Below the pieces are notes generated by a model, which did no database searches, was not told where the DNA came from, and saw only the letters and a list, made by a program, of their open reading frames with translations. A DNA stretch of 64,000 nucleotides from an uncultured bacterium (GTDB taxonomy: Bacteria > Myxococcota_A > UBA796 > GCA-2862545), in assembly GCA_965367245.1 (NCBI GenBank), contig CBDUIC010000003.1, forward strand, positions 74,622-138,621, written 5' to 3'. Numbering within the stretch: position 1 is the stretch's first letter; the number at the start of each line of letters is the position of its first letter. A program made the position numbers and the translations under genes. Positions 1 to 9,280 of the stretch are shown in pieces.

Positions 1-3000
1 AGCCCGAAGATGACGGCGACCGCCATCGGCCCCCACCACTGCGCCGACGCCGAGCCCACGATGAGCTTGAACTTCAGGAAGTCGTAGGCGATCCCGATGG
101 CCATAGGCACCAACCCCAGGGTGGTGGTGACGGCGGTGAGCATCACCGGGCGGAAGCGGGTGAGCCCGGCCTCCACCAGCGCGTCGGTGGTCGACAGCCC
201 ACGCGCCAGGAGCTGCTGCACATAGTCGAGCAGCACGATGGCGTTGTTCACCACCACCCCGGCGAGGCTGATGACCCCCAGCCCGGTCATGATGATGCCG
301 AAGGGCGTGCCGGTGAGGAGCAGCCCCCACAGCACCCCGACCAGCGACAGGATCACGGTCGCGAGGATGATGAACGGCATCGCCAGGCTGTCGAACTGCG
401 TCACCAGCACCAGCAGGATCAGGCAGACCGCGATGGCAAACGCCCGCAGCAGAAAGATCATCGACTCCTCTTGCTCCTGGTTGGCGCCGGTGAGCTCCAG
501 AGCGATGCCCGGGGGCCGCTCCACCTCTTCCATCAGCTCGGCGACGGCGGCACGCACCTCGTTCTCGTTGAAGCCATCGAGGACGTCGCCCACGATGGTC
601 ACGACCAGGTCTTGGTCGATGTGCTGGATGCTCCCCGACCCACCGACGAGCTCGTAGGACGCCACCGTGCTGATGGGCACGGGAAAGGTCTGCGGCGACG
701 TGTCTTCACGGCCCGGAAGCCGCAGGTCGAGCACCATCTGCACGTCTTCGCGGTACTCGGGGGCAAGCTCGACCACCACGTCGATCTCCTCTTCCCCATC
801 GCGAAGGCTGGTGGCCACCGCCCCTGCGATGGCCGTGCGCACGGCATCCCCCACAGCGGAGGTGCTCACCCCCACGCGCGTGGCGGCCCCACGGTCGATG
901 CGGAGGCGCAGCTCGGGCCGGCCGACCACGTAGTCGTCTCGCAGGTCGGTGGTACCTGGCACCTGGGCCATCTGACGACGCAGCTTCTGGGCGAACAGAC
1001 CCACCTGGTCGTAGTCGTCCCCGCTCACTTCCACCTTGATGGGGTCACCGACGGGGGGACCCATCCCCGCCGGCTCCACGGTGATCCGCGCCCCCGGCAG
1101 CTGCTGGGCGACCCCTCGGAGCCGGTCGACGGTGAGCTTGGTGTTCTCCTTTCGGATCGTGTCACCAGGCTCGGCGTTGTTGGCGCTGGGAAGGAAGTCG
1201 ACGGTGATCCGAGCTTCACTGGGCCGGGTAGACGTACCCGACAGCGCGTCGCCCCCTGCCGAGACGCCCGACTCCGCCACCCAGGTGTCGACGTTGGGCT
1301 CGGTGGCCAGCATGGCCTCGAGCTCGCGAACGACCCGGTCGGTGGACTCCACCGTCGTGCCCTCGGGGAGTCGCAGCCCGATGACCGCGCGATCGGGCTC
1401 GGACTCCGGAAAGAACTCCGTGCCGTGGTTCAACGGCACGTAGATGGCGAAGGTGACGATGAACAGCACCACCCCGAGGGCAGCGCTCGCGTAGCGCCAG
1501 CGGATGCTGGCCTTGAGCAGGCTTCGGTAGGCCCCCATCACCCTGCCCAGCGGCGCCTCGCGCAGCTTGGGGTCGACCGCGTCGGCCCCCTCTCGCACGG
1601 CCATCTTGGGCATCAGCTTGCTCATGACCACGGGCAACACCCCGACCGCCACGAACAGCGACATCGTGAGCACGATGATGATGGTCTTGGGCATGAAGCC
1701 CATGAACTCGCCCATGATCCCGGTCCAGAAGACGAGGGGGAAGAAGGCGGCCACGGTGGTGGCGGTGGAGGCGGCGACGGCGACGGCGACCTCGGCCGTT
1801 CCATCGATGGAGGCCTCGCGCGGGTCTTTGCCCATCTCCGCGTGGCGGTAGACGTTCTCCACCACCACGATGGCGTTGTCGACGAGCATGCCCAGCGCCA
1901 GGATCAGCGCGAACAACACCACCATGTTCAGCGTGAAGCCCAGGCTCTGCAGCACCAGCATCGCCCCGAACATCGACAGCGGAATGGAGATGGCCACGAA
2001 CAGGCTCGAGCGCACGCCCATGAAGAACACGATCACGCCGACCACCAGGATCAACGCGGTGATGATGTTGTTCTGCAGGTCGGACACCGACTGCTCGATG
2101 GCCTTCGACTCGTCGCCCAGGGCACGGAAGTACACCCCCTCTGGCCAGCCCTCGGCGTGCTCTGCCGAGATCTCCTTGGCCTTCGACGCCACCTCCAGGA
2201 TGTTCGCCCCGGCTCGCTTCGTCACCGCCAGCGTGACCGACGACTGGCCCGCCATGCGGCTGTAGGTCTCGCGCTCGGCGAAGCCGTCGACCACCCGAGC
2301 CACGTCGCGCACGAACACCGGCGCGTCGCCTACCCGCTTGATCGCCACACCCTCGATCTCCCGAGGATCGTCGAACTCTCCGGGCACCCGAAGCAAGACG
2401 TTGCCCCGCCCGAGATCGACGTTGCCGCCTGGGATGTTGACGTTCTCGTCGCCGATCGCCCCCACCACGTCGCGCAGCGACAGCCCGTAGTGGGCCAGCC
2501 GCTCCGGGATCACGTGAACCTGCACCTCGCGCTCTTTGCCGCCGGTGAGCTTCACGTCGAGCACCCCGTCGACCCGGGTGAGGTCTTCCTCCAAGTCTTC
2601 CGCGAGCTTCTTGAGGTGCTCCTCGTCGACGGAGCCGGCGATGTTGATCAACACCACCGGAATGTCGGAGAAGCTGATCTCCCGCACCGAGCTGTCTTCC
2701 ACGTCGGTCGGCAGCTTGGGCCGTGCTCGACTGACCCGGTCGCGCACCCGCTGCAGCGCGTCTTCGATGTTCGACTCGGGCTCGAACTCCACCGCGACGA
2801 TGGAGACGCCCTCGGCCGAGGTCGACGTCAGCTTCTCGATGCCACGCAGCGAAGCGAGCTCGTTCTCGATCGGCACCGAGACGAGGTTCTCCACGTCGGC
2901 GGGCGACACCCCCACGTAGGGCGTCGACACGATCACCACCGGGATGGTGATGTCGGGACTCGACTCGCGCGGGAGCGTGACCCACGCGAGCACCCCGAAC

Positions 3001-3071
3001 ACGAACACGGCCATGGCCGCAATGAACACCGTGGTGCTGTGATCGACCAGCCAGCGGATGACGGAACGCAT
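1..3071 (-). CDS. RND (HAE1/AcrB-like) efflux transporter permease. Partial: the 3' end runs past the window start.
   Basis: The reverse translation begins MRSVIRWLVDHSTTVFIAAMAVFVFGVLAWVTLPRESSPDITIPVVIVSTPYVGVSPADVE. This family-typical sequence then continues for more than 1000 aa. It includes the C-terminal AcrB-like TM region that reaches position 1. The ATG (reverse complement) lies at 3069-3071, 5 nt after the stop of the adaptor gene. The ORF track shows no Met-to-stop ORF here because no stop falls inside the window. Confidence 0.9.
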   Translation of the reverse strand, partial: MRSVIRWLVDHSTTVFIAAMAVFVFGVLAWVTLPRESSPDITIPVVIVSTPYVGVSPADVENLVSVPIENELASLRGIEKLTSTSAEGVSIVAVEFEPESNIEDALQRVRDRVSRARPKLPTDVEDSSVREISFSDIPVVLINIAGSVDEEHLKKLAEDLEEDLTRVDGVLDVKLTGGKEREVQVHVIPERLAHYGLSLRDVVGAIGDENVNIPGGNVDLGRGNVLLRVPGEFDDPREIEGVAIKRVGDAPVFVRDVARVVDGFAERETYSRMAGQSSVTLAVTKRAGANILEVASKAKEISAEHAEGWPEGVYFRALGDESKAIEQSVSDLQNNIITALILVVGVIVFFMGVRSSLFVAISIPLSMFGAMLVLQSLGFTLNMVVLFALILALGMLVDNAIVVVENVYRHAEMGKDPREASIDGTAEVAVAVAASTATTVAAFFPLVFWTGIMGEFMGFMPKTIIIVLTMSLFVAVGVLPVVMSKLMPKMAVREGADAVDPKLREAPLGRVMGAYRSLLKASIRWRYASAALGVVLFIVTFAIYVPLNHGTEFFPESEPDRAVIGLRLPEGTTVESTDRVVRELEAMLATEPNVDTWVAESGVSAGGDALSGTSTRPSEARITVDFLPSANNAEPGDTIRKENTKLTVDRLRGVAQQLPGARITVEPAGMGPPVGDPIKVEVSGDDYDQVGLFAQKLRRQMAQVPGTTDLRDDYVVGRPELRLRIDRGAATRVGVSTSAVGDAVRTAIAGAVATSLRDGEEEIDVVVELAPEYREDVQMVLDLRLPGREDTSPQTFPVPISTVASYELVGGSGSIQHIDQDLVVTIVGDVLDGFNENEVRAAVAELMEEVERPPGIALELTGANQEQEESMIFLLRAFAIAVCLILLVLVTQFDSLAMPFIILATVILSLVGVLWGLLLTGTPFGIIMTGLGVISLAGVVVNNAIVLLDYVQQLLARGLSTTDALVEAGLTRFRPVMLTAVTTTLGLVPMAIGIAYDFLKFKLIVGSASAQWWGPMAVAVIFG

Positions 3072-3075
3072 GTGC

Positions 3076-4161
3076 CTAGTCCTCGAAGGTGGGGCGGCCT
3101 GCCGTGCAGCAGCGGCCTTCACGGGACACGATCAACGGGTCGCCGTCGACCAGATCGCGGTGCCCGGTGATCACGACGCGGTCGCCTCGGGACAGCCCCT
3201 CGGTGACCACGACCTTGTCGTGGATGACATCCCCGAGGGTCACGTCGCGCCAGGTGGCCACATCGCCACTGGTGACGAACACCCCGCGGCGCTCTCGCTG
3301 CGTGACCAGCCAGTCTTGTGGGATGACCATCACCGACTCGGCGAGGTCGCGTTCGGCACGCACCCGAGCGATCATCCCCGGCAGCAGCGCCCCGTTGGGA
3401 TTGGGGACCTCGACTTCGACCGGAAACGCGCGGGTGCGTGGGTCGGCCGCTGGCGAGACCCGCTGCACCGCGCCCTCCAGCCGCTGCGAGTTGGCCGCCG
3501 TGGTCACCGACACCGGCATGCCCACCGCCAAGCTGACCACGTCGCGATCCGACACCGACAGGGTGACCACCGCGGGGTCGAGCTGGATCAGCCGCGCGAC
3601 CGGTGAGCCCGGCGAGGCCACTTCGCCCTCCTCCACCATCACGGTGGCTACGACGCCGCTGAACGGTGCGCGGACCACGGCGCGCGACATCCGCGCCGAG
3701 GCGAGGGAGCGGTTCGCCTCCGCGACCCGCAGCTGCGTGCGCGCCTGCGCCAGCTGAGCATCCGAGCCGAGGTCGCCCAGCTTCTCCAGCCGACCCACAT
3801 CGACCTTCGCCTGCTCCAGCTGCGCGTCAGCCTGCTCGAGCTGTGCCGCGTAGATGGCGCTGTCGACGCTCATCAGCGAGTCACCCTTCTTCACCACCTG
3901 GCCCTCGACCACGCGCACACGCTCCACGAAGCCACCGTTGGCGGCGGCGAGGTTGGCGTCGCGCTGGCCGCTGACCTCCCCAGGCAGGTCGAGCTCGAGG
4001 GTGGCAGCGGAAGGTTCCAGCTCGACCACCTCCACCCGCACCGCGCGGGACGGCGGCGGGGTCTTCGCGGCCGCCTGAGCCGACTCGGCATCGGACGCAC
4101 CGCACCCCCACAGCAGGGACATCAACAGCGACACCATCATGCGGACACTCCGTGCAGCCAT
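3076..4161 (-). CDS. RND efflux periplasmic adaptor (membrane fusion protein, HlyD/AcrA family)
   Basis: 361-aa ORF. It has a signal-peptide/lipobox-like N-terminus (LLMSLLWGCGAS), coiled-coil segments (AQLEQADAQLEQAKVD) and beta-barrel/lipoyl-like segments typical of this family. It sits immediately upstream of the RND pump on the same strand. Confidence 0.85.
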   Translation of the reverse strand: MAARSVRMMVSLLMSLLWGCGASDAESAQAAAKTPPPSRAVRVEVVELEPSAATLELDLPGEVSGQRDANLAAANGGFVERVRVVEGQVVKKGDSLMSVDSAIYAAQLEQADAQLEQAKVDVGRLEKLGDLGSDAQLAQARTQLRVAEANRSLASARMSRAVVRAPFSGVVATVMVEEGEVASPGSPVARLIQLDPAVVTLSVSDRDVVSLAVGMPVSVTTAANSQRLEGAVQRVSPAADPRTRAFPVEVEVPNPNGALLPGMIARVRAERDLAESVMVIPQDWLVTQRERRGVFVTSGDVATWRDVTLGDVIHDKVVVTEGLSRGDRVVITGHRDLVDGDPLIVSREGRCCTAGRPTFED

Positions 4162-4742
4162 GCGTCGATCAGTGCGTCGACCAGGCCATCGTCAAACGGT
4201 TGGCCCTTCAGAAGGGCCATCAGCTGGAAGTTGAGCGACCCCATCAGGGCCATCACGGCGACCCGCGGGTCGACCTCGGCGCGAAACGTGCCGCGTGCCT
4301 GGCCATCGGCGATGAGCTGCGCCAGTGGCTCGATGCTCTGCAGGTGACGCGACATCAGGTCGACCTCCGGCTCGTCGGCCATCGGCAGCCCACAAGTGAG
4401 GATCAAGCGCACGCCATCGAGGTCTTGGGCCGCACCCGCGCACCAGCCCTTCATCACGCGACGGAGCACGTCGACGGCACCACCGCCCTCCGACAGCGCA
4501 CTCTGGAGCACGTGCGCTCCCCCCTCGAGCTTCGACGAGATGACCTCGCGAAACAGCGCTTCCTTGGAGTCGAAGTAGTAGTAGAGCGTGGGCTTGGTGA
4601 CCCCCGCAGCCTCCACCACCTCACGCACGCTGGTCGACCCGTAGCCCTTGTGGGCAAACAGGTGCGCGGCAGCGGCGAGAATGTCGGAGCGTCGATCGCT
4701 ATCGTCGTCCACGGGGACCCCTACCGATCGGTATGCAGGCAC
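4137..4742 (-). CDS. TetR/AcrR-family transcriptional regulator
   Basis: N-terminal HTH signature ILAAAAHLFAHKGYGSTSVREVVEAAGVTKPTLYYYFDSKEALF. It overlaps the adaptor start by 25 nt, giving a tetR-MFP-RND operon layout. The exact start codon is uncertain. Confidence 0.8.
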   Translation of the reverse strand: MPAYRSVGVPVDDDSDRRSDILAAAAHLFAHKGYGSTSVREVVEAAGVTKPTLYYYFDSKEALFREVISSKLEGGAHVLQSALSEGGGAVDVLRRVMKGWCAGAAQDLDGVRLILTCGLPMADEPEVDLMSRHLQSIEPLAQLIADGQARGTFRAEVDPRVAVMALMGSLNFQLMALLKGQPFDDGLVDALIDAWLHGVSA

Positions 4743-4858
4743 CTACCGACCGGTAGGTCAGGCTTTACCGACCCCTCTTCGGCGCGACCACCCCGAGCTA
4801 TGTCATGGGATGTCACGAATCCCGACACCATCGGATGGAGGACCTTTCTCGGCCGCGA

Positions 4859-5695
4859 TCACCCGCGCTTTCCCTTCGCCTTGCCTCGGCCCTTCGCCTT
4901 GCCCCGGCCACGACTCCCCTCCACGGGGGCCTCGCAGTCGGGCGGCTCCCCGTAGCGGGTGATGGCGCACGCCTGCAGCGCATCGGTTCGCAACAGCGCC
5001 TCCCCCCTCTCGTAGCTGGCGAGGTCGGCGTCGGGCCCGGTCGTCCAGGCGACGGGCCGCTTCGGACGGAACACGACCACCTCGGACCGCGCCTTGAACC
5101 AGCGCACGTCGAACCGCTCGAAGCCCTTCTTGGGCTGGGGCACGTCGAGGATCAGTCGCACCACCTTGGCCTTGGGCCGCTCGGCCGCCCAGTGGAGGAG
5201 CTGCTCCACCACCACCGTGCTGACCATCTCACCGCCTCGTGCTGCCGGCGACACCGACTTCCAGTGGCCGTTGTGCAGCGTCAGCTCCCCCGGCGGCACG
5301 TGCAGGTACACATCGGCTCGCCCCTTGACCGTCTCCACCCGCGGCTCCGCCCAGTTGGCAGCGACCCGGGCACGAACGGCCTCCGGCTCCTCCTTCATCT
5401 CGGTGTTCCACGCAGCCCGTGCCCGGCCGATGTGCTCATCGAGCCACCGCTCGTTGGTCGGCATGCGCCCATGGTGATGCAGATCGAGGTCGAGCTGGAT
5501 GGCCGCATCGACCAACGCCTCGTCGGTCAGGCAGTAGGCAGGCACGTCGGCGAGGCATGCCCTCGCCTTCACCAGCCCTTCGCGGGCGCGCCGCCACCCC
5601 TCCTCGGGCGCCACGTAGGCCCCGCCATCGACTGGCACGCGCGGCACGTCGTAGGGCACGTCGCAGGCGAACAGCAGGAGCAGGAGCGAGCGCAT
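4859..5695 (-). CDS. hypothetical lipoprotein with a lysine/glycine-rich C-terminal tail
   Basis: 278-aa ORF. The N-terminus MRSLLLLLFACDVP resembles a lipoprotein signal (LFAC lipobox). Composition is plausible. The C-terminus is GRGKAKGRGKAKGKRG. Confidence 0.5.
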   Translation of the reverse strand: MRSLLLLLFACDVPYDVPRVPVDGGAYVAPEEGWRRAREGLVKARACLADVPAYCLTDEALVDAAIQLDLDLHHHGRMPTNERWLDEHIGRARAAWNTEMKEEPEAVRARVAANWAEPRVETVKGRADVYLHVPPGELTLHNGHWKSVSPAARGGEMVSTVVVEQLLHWAAERPKAKVVRLILDVPQPKKGFERFDVRWFKARSEVVVFRPKRPVAWTTGPDADLASYERGEALLRTDALQACAITRYGEPPDCEAPVEGSRGRGKAKGRGKAKGKRG

Positions 5696-5783
5696 GCCGG
5701 GCGACTATCCCGTCTGGGGACCCCTCGGAAGTGGTGCTTCGCCGGATCGTCGGATAGAGCGCGCGCTCTTCGGGAGTCCTCCA

Positions 5784-6626
5784 ATGATCGCAGTCATCCT
5801 GGCCACCTTGGCGTGGGCCGCCGACCTCCCCGGGCACGTCACCGAGTCCAGCCCCCACTACGACATCGAGCAGATGTACGGAGCCGGCGACTTCGATGGA
5901 GGCTTCTCCGAGGTGACGCAGCGGATCGCCAGCACCCCCGACGATGCCGACCTGTACTGGCTCGCAGCCCGGTTCATGTACGAGCAGGGCGAGCTGATGG
6001 GCGACCGGCCGACCTCGGAGCGCATCGCGCACTACACGCAGATGGGCGCCCTCGCCAACAAGGGGCTCGACCTGCGCCCCGACGACCCGCACATCCGGTT
6101 CGCGCGTGGGCTGGCCACGGCGCGACTCGGCACCACCAAGGGCGTGCTGTCGAGCCTGTTCCTGGCACGCTCGGTCGAGGCCGACTGGCTCGCCGCCGCC
6201 AACAGCGGCATGACTTACGCGTCGGTGGGCGAGCGGGAAGTCCTCCCGACCGACGCCTACCAGGCCCTCGGCGTGTTCTACCGGCTGGTGCCCGACTGGT
6301 GGATCGTGCAGGTGATCGCGGGAACCCGCGGCGATCTCGACAAGAGCCTGTCCTACCTCGAGAAGGCAGCTGCCGGCCGGGTGAACATCGCGATCTACAA
6401 GGAGCTCGGGGTCATCCGAGCCTGCATCGCCACCCAGCGCGACCAGCCCGAGCTGCTGGAGAAGGCCAACGACGCCTACGACAAGGCCCTGGCCATGAAG
6501 CCGGAGAACGAGAAGCATCGGATCGACCACAAGCACATCCAGATGCTGAAGGCCGACCCATCGATGGCCTGCGAATACAGCCGCGACGGCCAGCAAGACC
6601 TCGACAAGAAGAAGCTCAAGAACTGA
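5784..6626 (+). CDS. hypothetical secreted protein (TPR-like helical)
   Basis: The internal Met at 5784 gives a signal-peptide-like N-terminus, MIAVILATLAWAADLPG. The remainder is helical and TPR-like (LEKAAAGRVNIAIYKELGVIRACIATQRDQPELLEKANDAYDKALAMKP). The upstream 30 codons of the track ORF look non-coding. Confidence 0.5.
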   Translation: MIAVILATLAWAADLPGHVTESSPHYDIEQMYGAGDFDGGFSEVTQRIASTPDDADLYWLAARFMYEQGELMGDRPTSERIAHYTQMGALANKGLDLRPDDPHIRFARGLATARLGTTKGVLSSLFLARSVEADWLAAANSGMTYASVGEREVLPTDAYQALGVFYRLVPDWWIVQVIAGTRGDLDKSLSYLEKAAAGRVNIAIYKELGVIRACIATQRDQPELLEKANDAYDKALAMKPENEKHRIDHKHIQMLKADPSMACEYSRDGQQDLDKKKLKN

Positions 6627-6628
6627 GC

Positions 6629-7360
6629 TCAGGCCAGCGCCACCCGCCACACGCCGGCGGGGGAGTGCCCCTCGTCATCCACTGCCAGGGAGTCGTCGGC
6701 CCGGGTGACCAGCAGCCGCGGGCCCGTGCGGCCGGGCTGCAGCATCTCGCCCCCCACCAGCCCCGGACCACCTGCCAGCCGCTGCCCCAGCGCATCGAGC
6801 ACATCGTAGGCGTAGGGCTCCGCCACGGTGCCGTCGACGACGACCTCTCGGTGCCCCAACAGCGGCATACCGCGGGTGCGCCAGTGGCCCTCTGCGCGGA
6901 CCAGCGGGTGCACGAAGGCACGGAACAGGGCCAGGCCTTCGTCATCGTGGAGGTCTTCGGCCAGCGACTGCCACCGCTCGGCACCGTGAGCGAGGCCGCT
7001 CGACACCCACACGGCCTGCGCGCCGGCATCGATGAGCGCATCGCCACAGCGAAGCAGCGCACGGCAGGCCGCAAGCCCGGTCAGGCCCTCGGACGGCTCG
7101 ACCGCCACCACCGACTTGTGGCTGCGCACCCCGTCGATGCGCTCCGGCGTGAGCGACGGGTAGACCGGGTCGTCGTCGGCCTCGAGGCGGGCTGCCATCC
7201 CCTCGTCGGGGGGGCCCATCCGCAGCTGACACACGTCGCCCGAGCCTCGATCGACGAGGCCGCGCTCGGTGAGGTCCCACTCGCTACCGATGGTGTAGAG
7301 GATCCGCACCAACAGACGCGGGCTCGTCCAGTCACCCGGAAGTAGCAGAGAGGGTGTCAA
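6629..7360 (-). CDS. hypothetical protein
   Basis: 243-aa ORF with protein-like composition and no family motif I recognise. It sits tightly between neighbours: its stop is 3 nt from the end of the upstream gene, and its start is 5 nt from the aspS stop. Confidence 0.45.
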   Translation of the reverse strand: MTPSLLLPGDWTSPRLLVRILYTIGSEWDLTERGLVDRGSGDVCQLRMGPPDEGMAARLEADDDPVYPSLTPERIDGVRSHKSVVAVEPSEGLTGLAACRALLRCGDALIDAGAQAVWVSSGLAHGAERWQSLAEDLHDDEGLALFRAFVHPLVRAEGHWRTRGMPLLGHREVVVDGTVAEPYAYDVLDALGQRLAGGPGLVGGEMLQPGRTGPRLLVTRADDSLAVDDEGHSPAGVWRVALA

Positions 7361-7364
7361 CCGA

Positions 7365-9131
7365 TCAGCCCTCGGCCGTGGACTGGATGTGCAGCTCGTC
7401 GAGATCGGCCTCCGGAACCCCCGACGGCGCGCCGCTCATCAGGTCTTGTGCCGAGGTCGTCTTCGGGAACGCGATCACGTCGCGGATCGACGCGGCGCCC
7501 GTCATCAGCATGATCAGCCGATCGAGCCCCATGGCGAACCCGCCGTGGGGCGGCGCTCCGTGGGCGAGGGCCTCGAGGAGGAAGCCGAACTTCTCCTGCT
7601 GCTCCGCCTCGTCGATGCCGAGGGTCTCGAACACCTTCTCCTGCACGTCGGGCTGATGGATACGGATGCTCCCTCCCCCCGCCTCGAGCCCGTTGCACAC
7701 CAGGTCGTAGGCATCGGCGTAGATCGCTCCCATCTCGGCCGTGCCCAGCTTGGGGATGTCTTCGTCGCGGGGCTTGGTGAAGGGGTGGTGCATGGCGTAC
7801 CACCGGTCGGTATCCTCGTCGTACTCGAAGGCAGGGAAGTCGACGACCCAGCAGAAGGCCCAGCCCTCCCCGATGAGGTCGCGCTCCTTGGCGATCTGCA
7901 CCCGCAGCCGGCCCATGCCGGGGTTGACGTGGCTCGGCGAGCCTGCCCCCACCAGCACCAGGTCGCCCACCGCCGCGCCGCTCGACGCCAGGAAGCCATC
8001 GAGGTCGTCGCCGACAGCCTTGCCCAGCGGGCCGCTCATCGACCCCTCAGACACCTTGCCCCACAGCAGCCCACCCATGCGGTAGTTGCGCACGAAGTCG
8101 GTGTAGCGGTCGATCACCTTCCGCGAGGTGTCGCCCGCGCCGCCCTTCACGACCATGCCGCGCAGGATGCCGCCGGCGTCGAGGGCGTTGCGCACCGGGG
8201 GGAACGACGTGGTGGCGAGGGCATCGCCCAGATCGATCAGCTCCATGCCGAAGCGCAGATCCGGCGCGTCGACACCGAAGCGGGCGATGGCCTCGTCGTA
8301 GCGCATCACCGGGAAGGTGGGCAGCTCGACATCGAGCACCTGCTTCCAGATGCCTCGGATCAGCGACTCCCCCACTTCGGTGACCATCGCCTGGGTGCAG
8401 AAGCTCATCTCGACATCGATCTGCGAGAACTCCGGCTGCCGGTCGACGCGGAGGTCTTCGTCGCGGAAGCAACGACAGATCTGGAAGTAGCGGTCGAAGC
8501 CACCGACCATCAGGATCTGCTTGAAGATCTGTGGACTCTGCGGAAGCGCGTAGAACTGGCCGGGGTGCACGCGGCTGGGCACGAGGTAGTCGCGCGCCCC
8601 CTCGGGCGTGGCCCGGGTGAGGATCGGCGTCTCCACCTCGAGAAAGCCCAGCTCGTCGAGGACCTTGCGTGCGGCCAGCATCGCGCGATGGCGCACGACG
8701 AGGTTGTGCTGCAGCGTCGGACGCCGCAGATCGAGGTAGCGATACTGCAGCCGCACCTCTTCGCCGGCCTCTGCCTTGTCGCTGATGGCGAAGGGCAGCG
8801 GCTTCGTGGTGGACAGGATCTCCAGGCTGTCGGGGAGCACCTCGATAGCCCCCGTCGCCTGGTCGGCCTTCCGCGCGCTCTCCGCGCGCAGCGCCACACG
8901 ACCCGTCACCTGCACCACGTACTCGAGGCGCACGTTCTTGGCCTCGGCGCGCACGTCGTCGCTGCAGCGATCGTCGGCCGTGACCTGGACCACGCCGTGT
9001 CGATCACGCAGCACGAGGAAGGTGACGCCCCCTCGGTCGCGGACGGCGTCGGCCCATCCCTGAATCACGACGGTGGCGCCCTCGTCGGCTTCGCGGAGCG
9101 ATCCACAGGTGTGGGAGCGGCGGGTCAGCAT
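7365..9131 (-). CDS. aspS: aspartate--tRNA ligase
   Basis: 588 aa. Class II aaRS motifs and AspRS-specific stretches are present: QSPQIFKQILMVGGFDRYFQICRCFRDEDLRVDRQPEFSQIDVEMSF, FAMGLDRLIMLMTGAASIRDVIAFPKT, and an N-terminal OB-fold anticodon-binding domain. Confidence 0.95.
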   Translation of the reverse strand: MLTRRSHTCGSLREADEGATVVIQGWADAVRDRGGVTFLVLRDRHGVVQVTADDRCSDDVRAEAKNVRLEYVVQVTGRVALRAESARKADQATGAIEVLPDSLEILSTTKPLPFAISDKAEAGEEVRLQYRYLDLRRPTLQHNLVVRHRAMLAARKVLDELGFLEVETPILTRATPEGARDYLVPSRVHPGQFYALPQSPQIFKQILMVGGFDRYFQICRCFRDEDLRVDRQPEFSQIDVEMSFCTQAMVTEVGESLIRGIWKQVLDVELPTFPVMRYDEAIARFGVDAPDLRFGMELIDLGDALATTSFPPVRNALDAGGILRGMVVKGGAGDTSRKVIDRYTDFVRNYRMGGLLWGKVSEGSMSGPLGKAVGDDLDGFLASSGAAVGDLVLVGAGSPSHVNPGMGRLRVQIAKERDLIGEGWAFCWVVDFPAFEYDEDTDRWYAMHHPFTKPRDEDIPKLGTAEMGAIYADAYDLVCNGLEAGGGSIRIHQPDVQEKVFETLGIDEAEQQEKFGFLLEALAHGAPPHGGFAMGLDRLIMLMTGAASIRDVIAFPKTTSAQDLMSGAPSGVPEADLDELHIQSTAEG

Positions 9132-9280
9132 CAGTCCTCCAGGGCGCCTTGGCTAACCGTGCCTCCCCAAGGAACCCAACACGAAACCCGTTGGACACCC
9201 CGCCCGGTTAGAATGTGCTAGCCGGCTCGGTACTGACTCCGAGCACCGGTTTTCCACGTGTCACCGTAGCCCGCCCCCCG

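Noticed and set aside
471-3170. 899-aa plus-strand ORF covering the left edge
   Set aside because: It lies antisense to, and is fully contained in, the well-supported minus-strand AcrB-like RND gene. The translation is His/Gly/Arg/Asp-biased with no protein-like segments. It is a typical high-GC antisense artefact.
4805-7345. 846-aa plus-strand ORF spanning several genes
   Set aside because: It runs through the lipoprotein, the secreted TPR-like gene and the 6629-7360 gene in wrong frames. The composition is non-protein-like (Arg/Gly/Pro/His).
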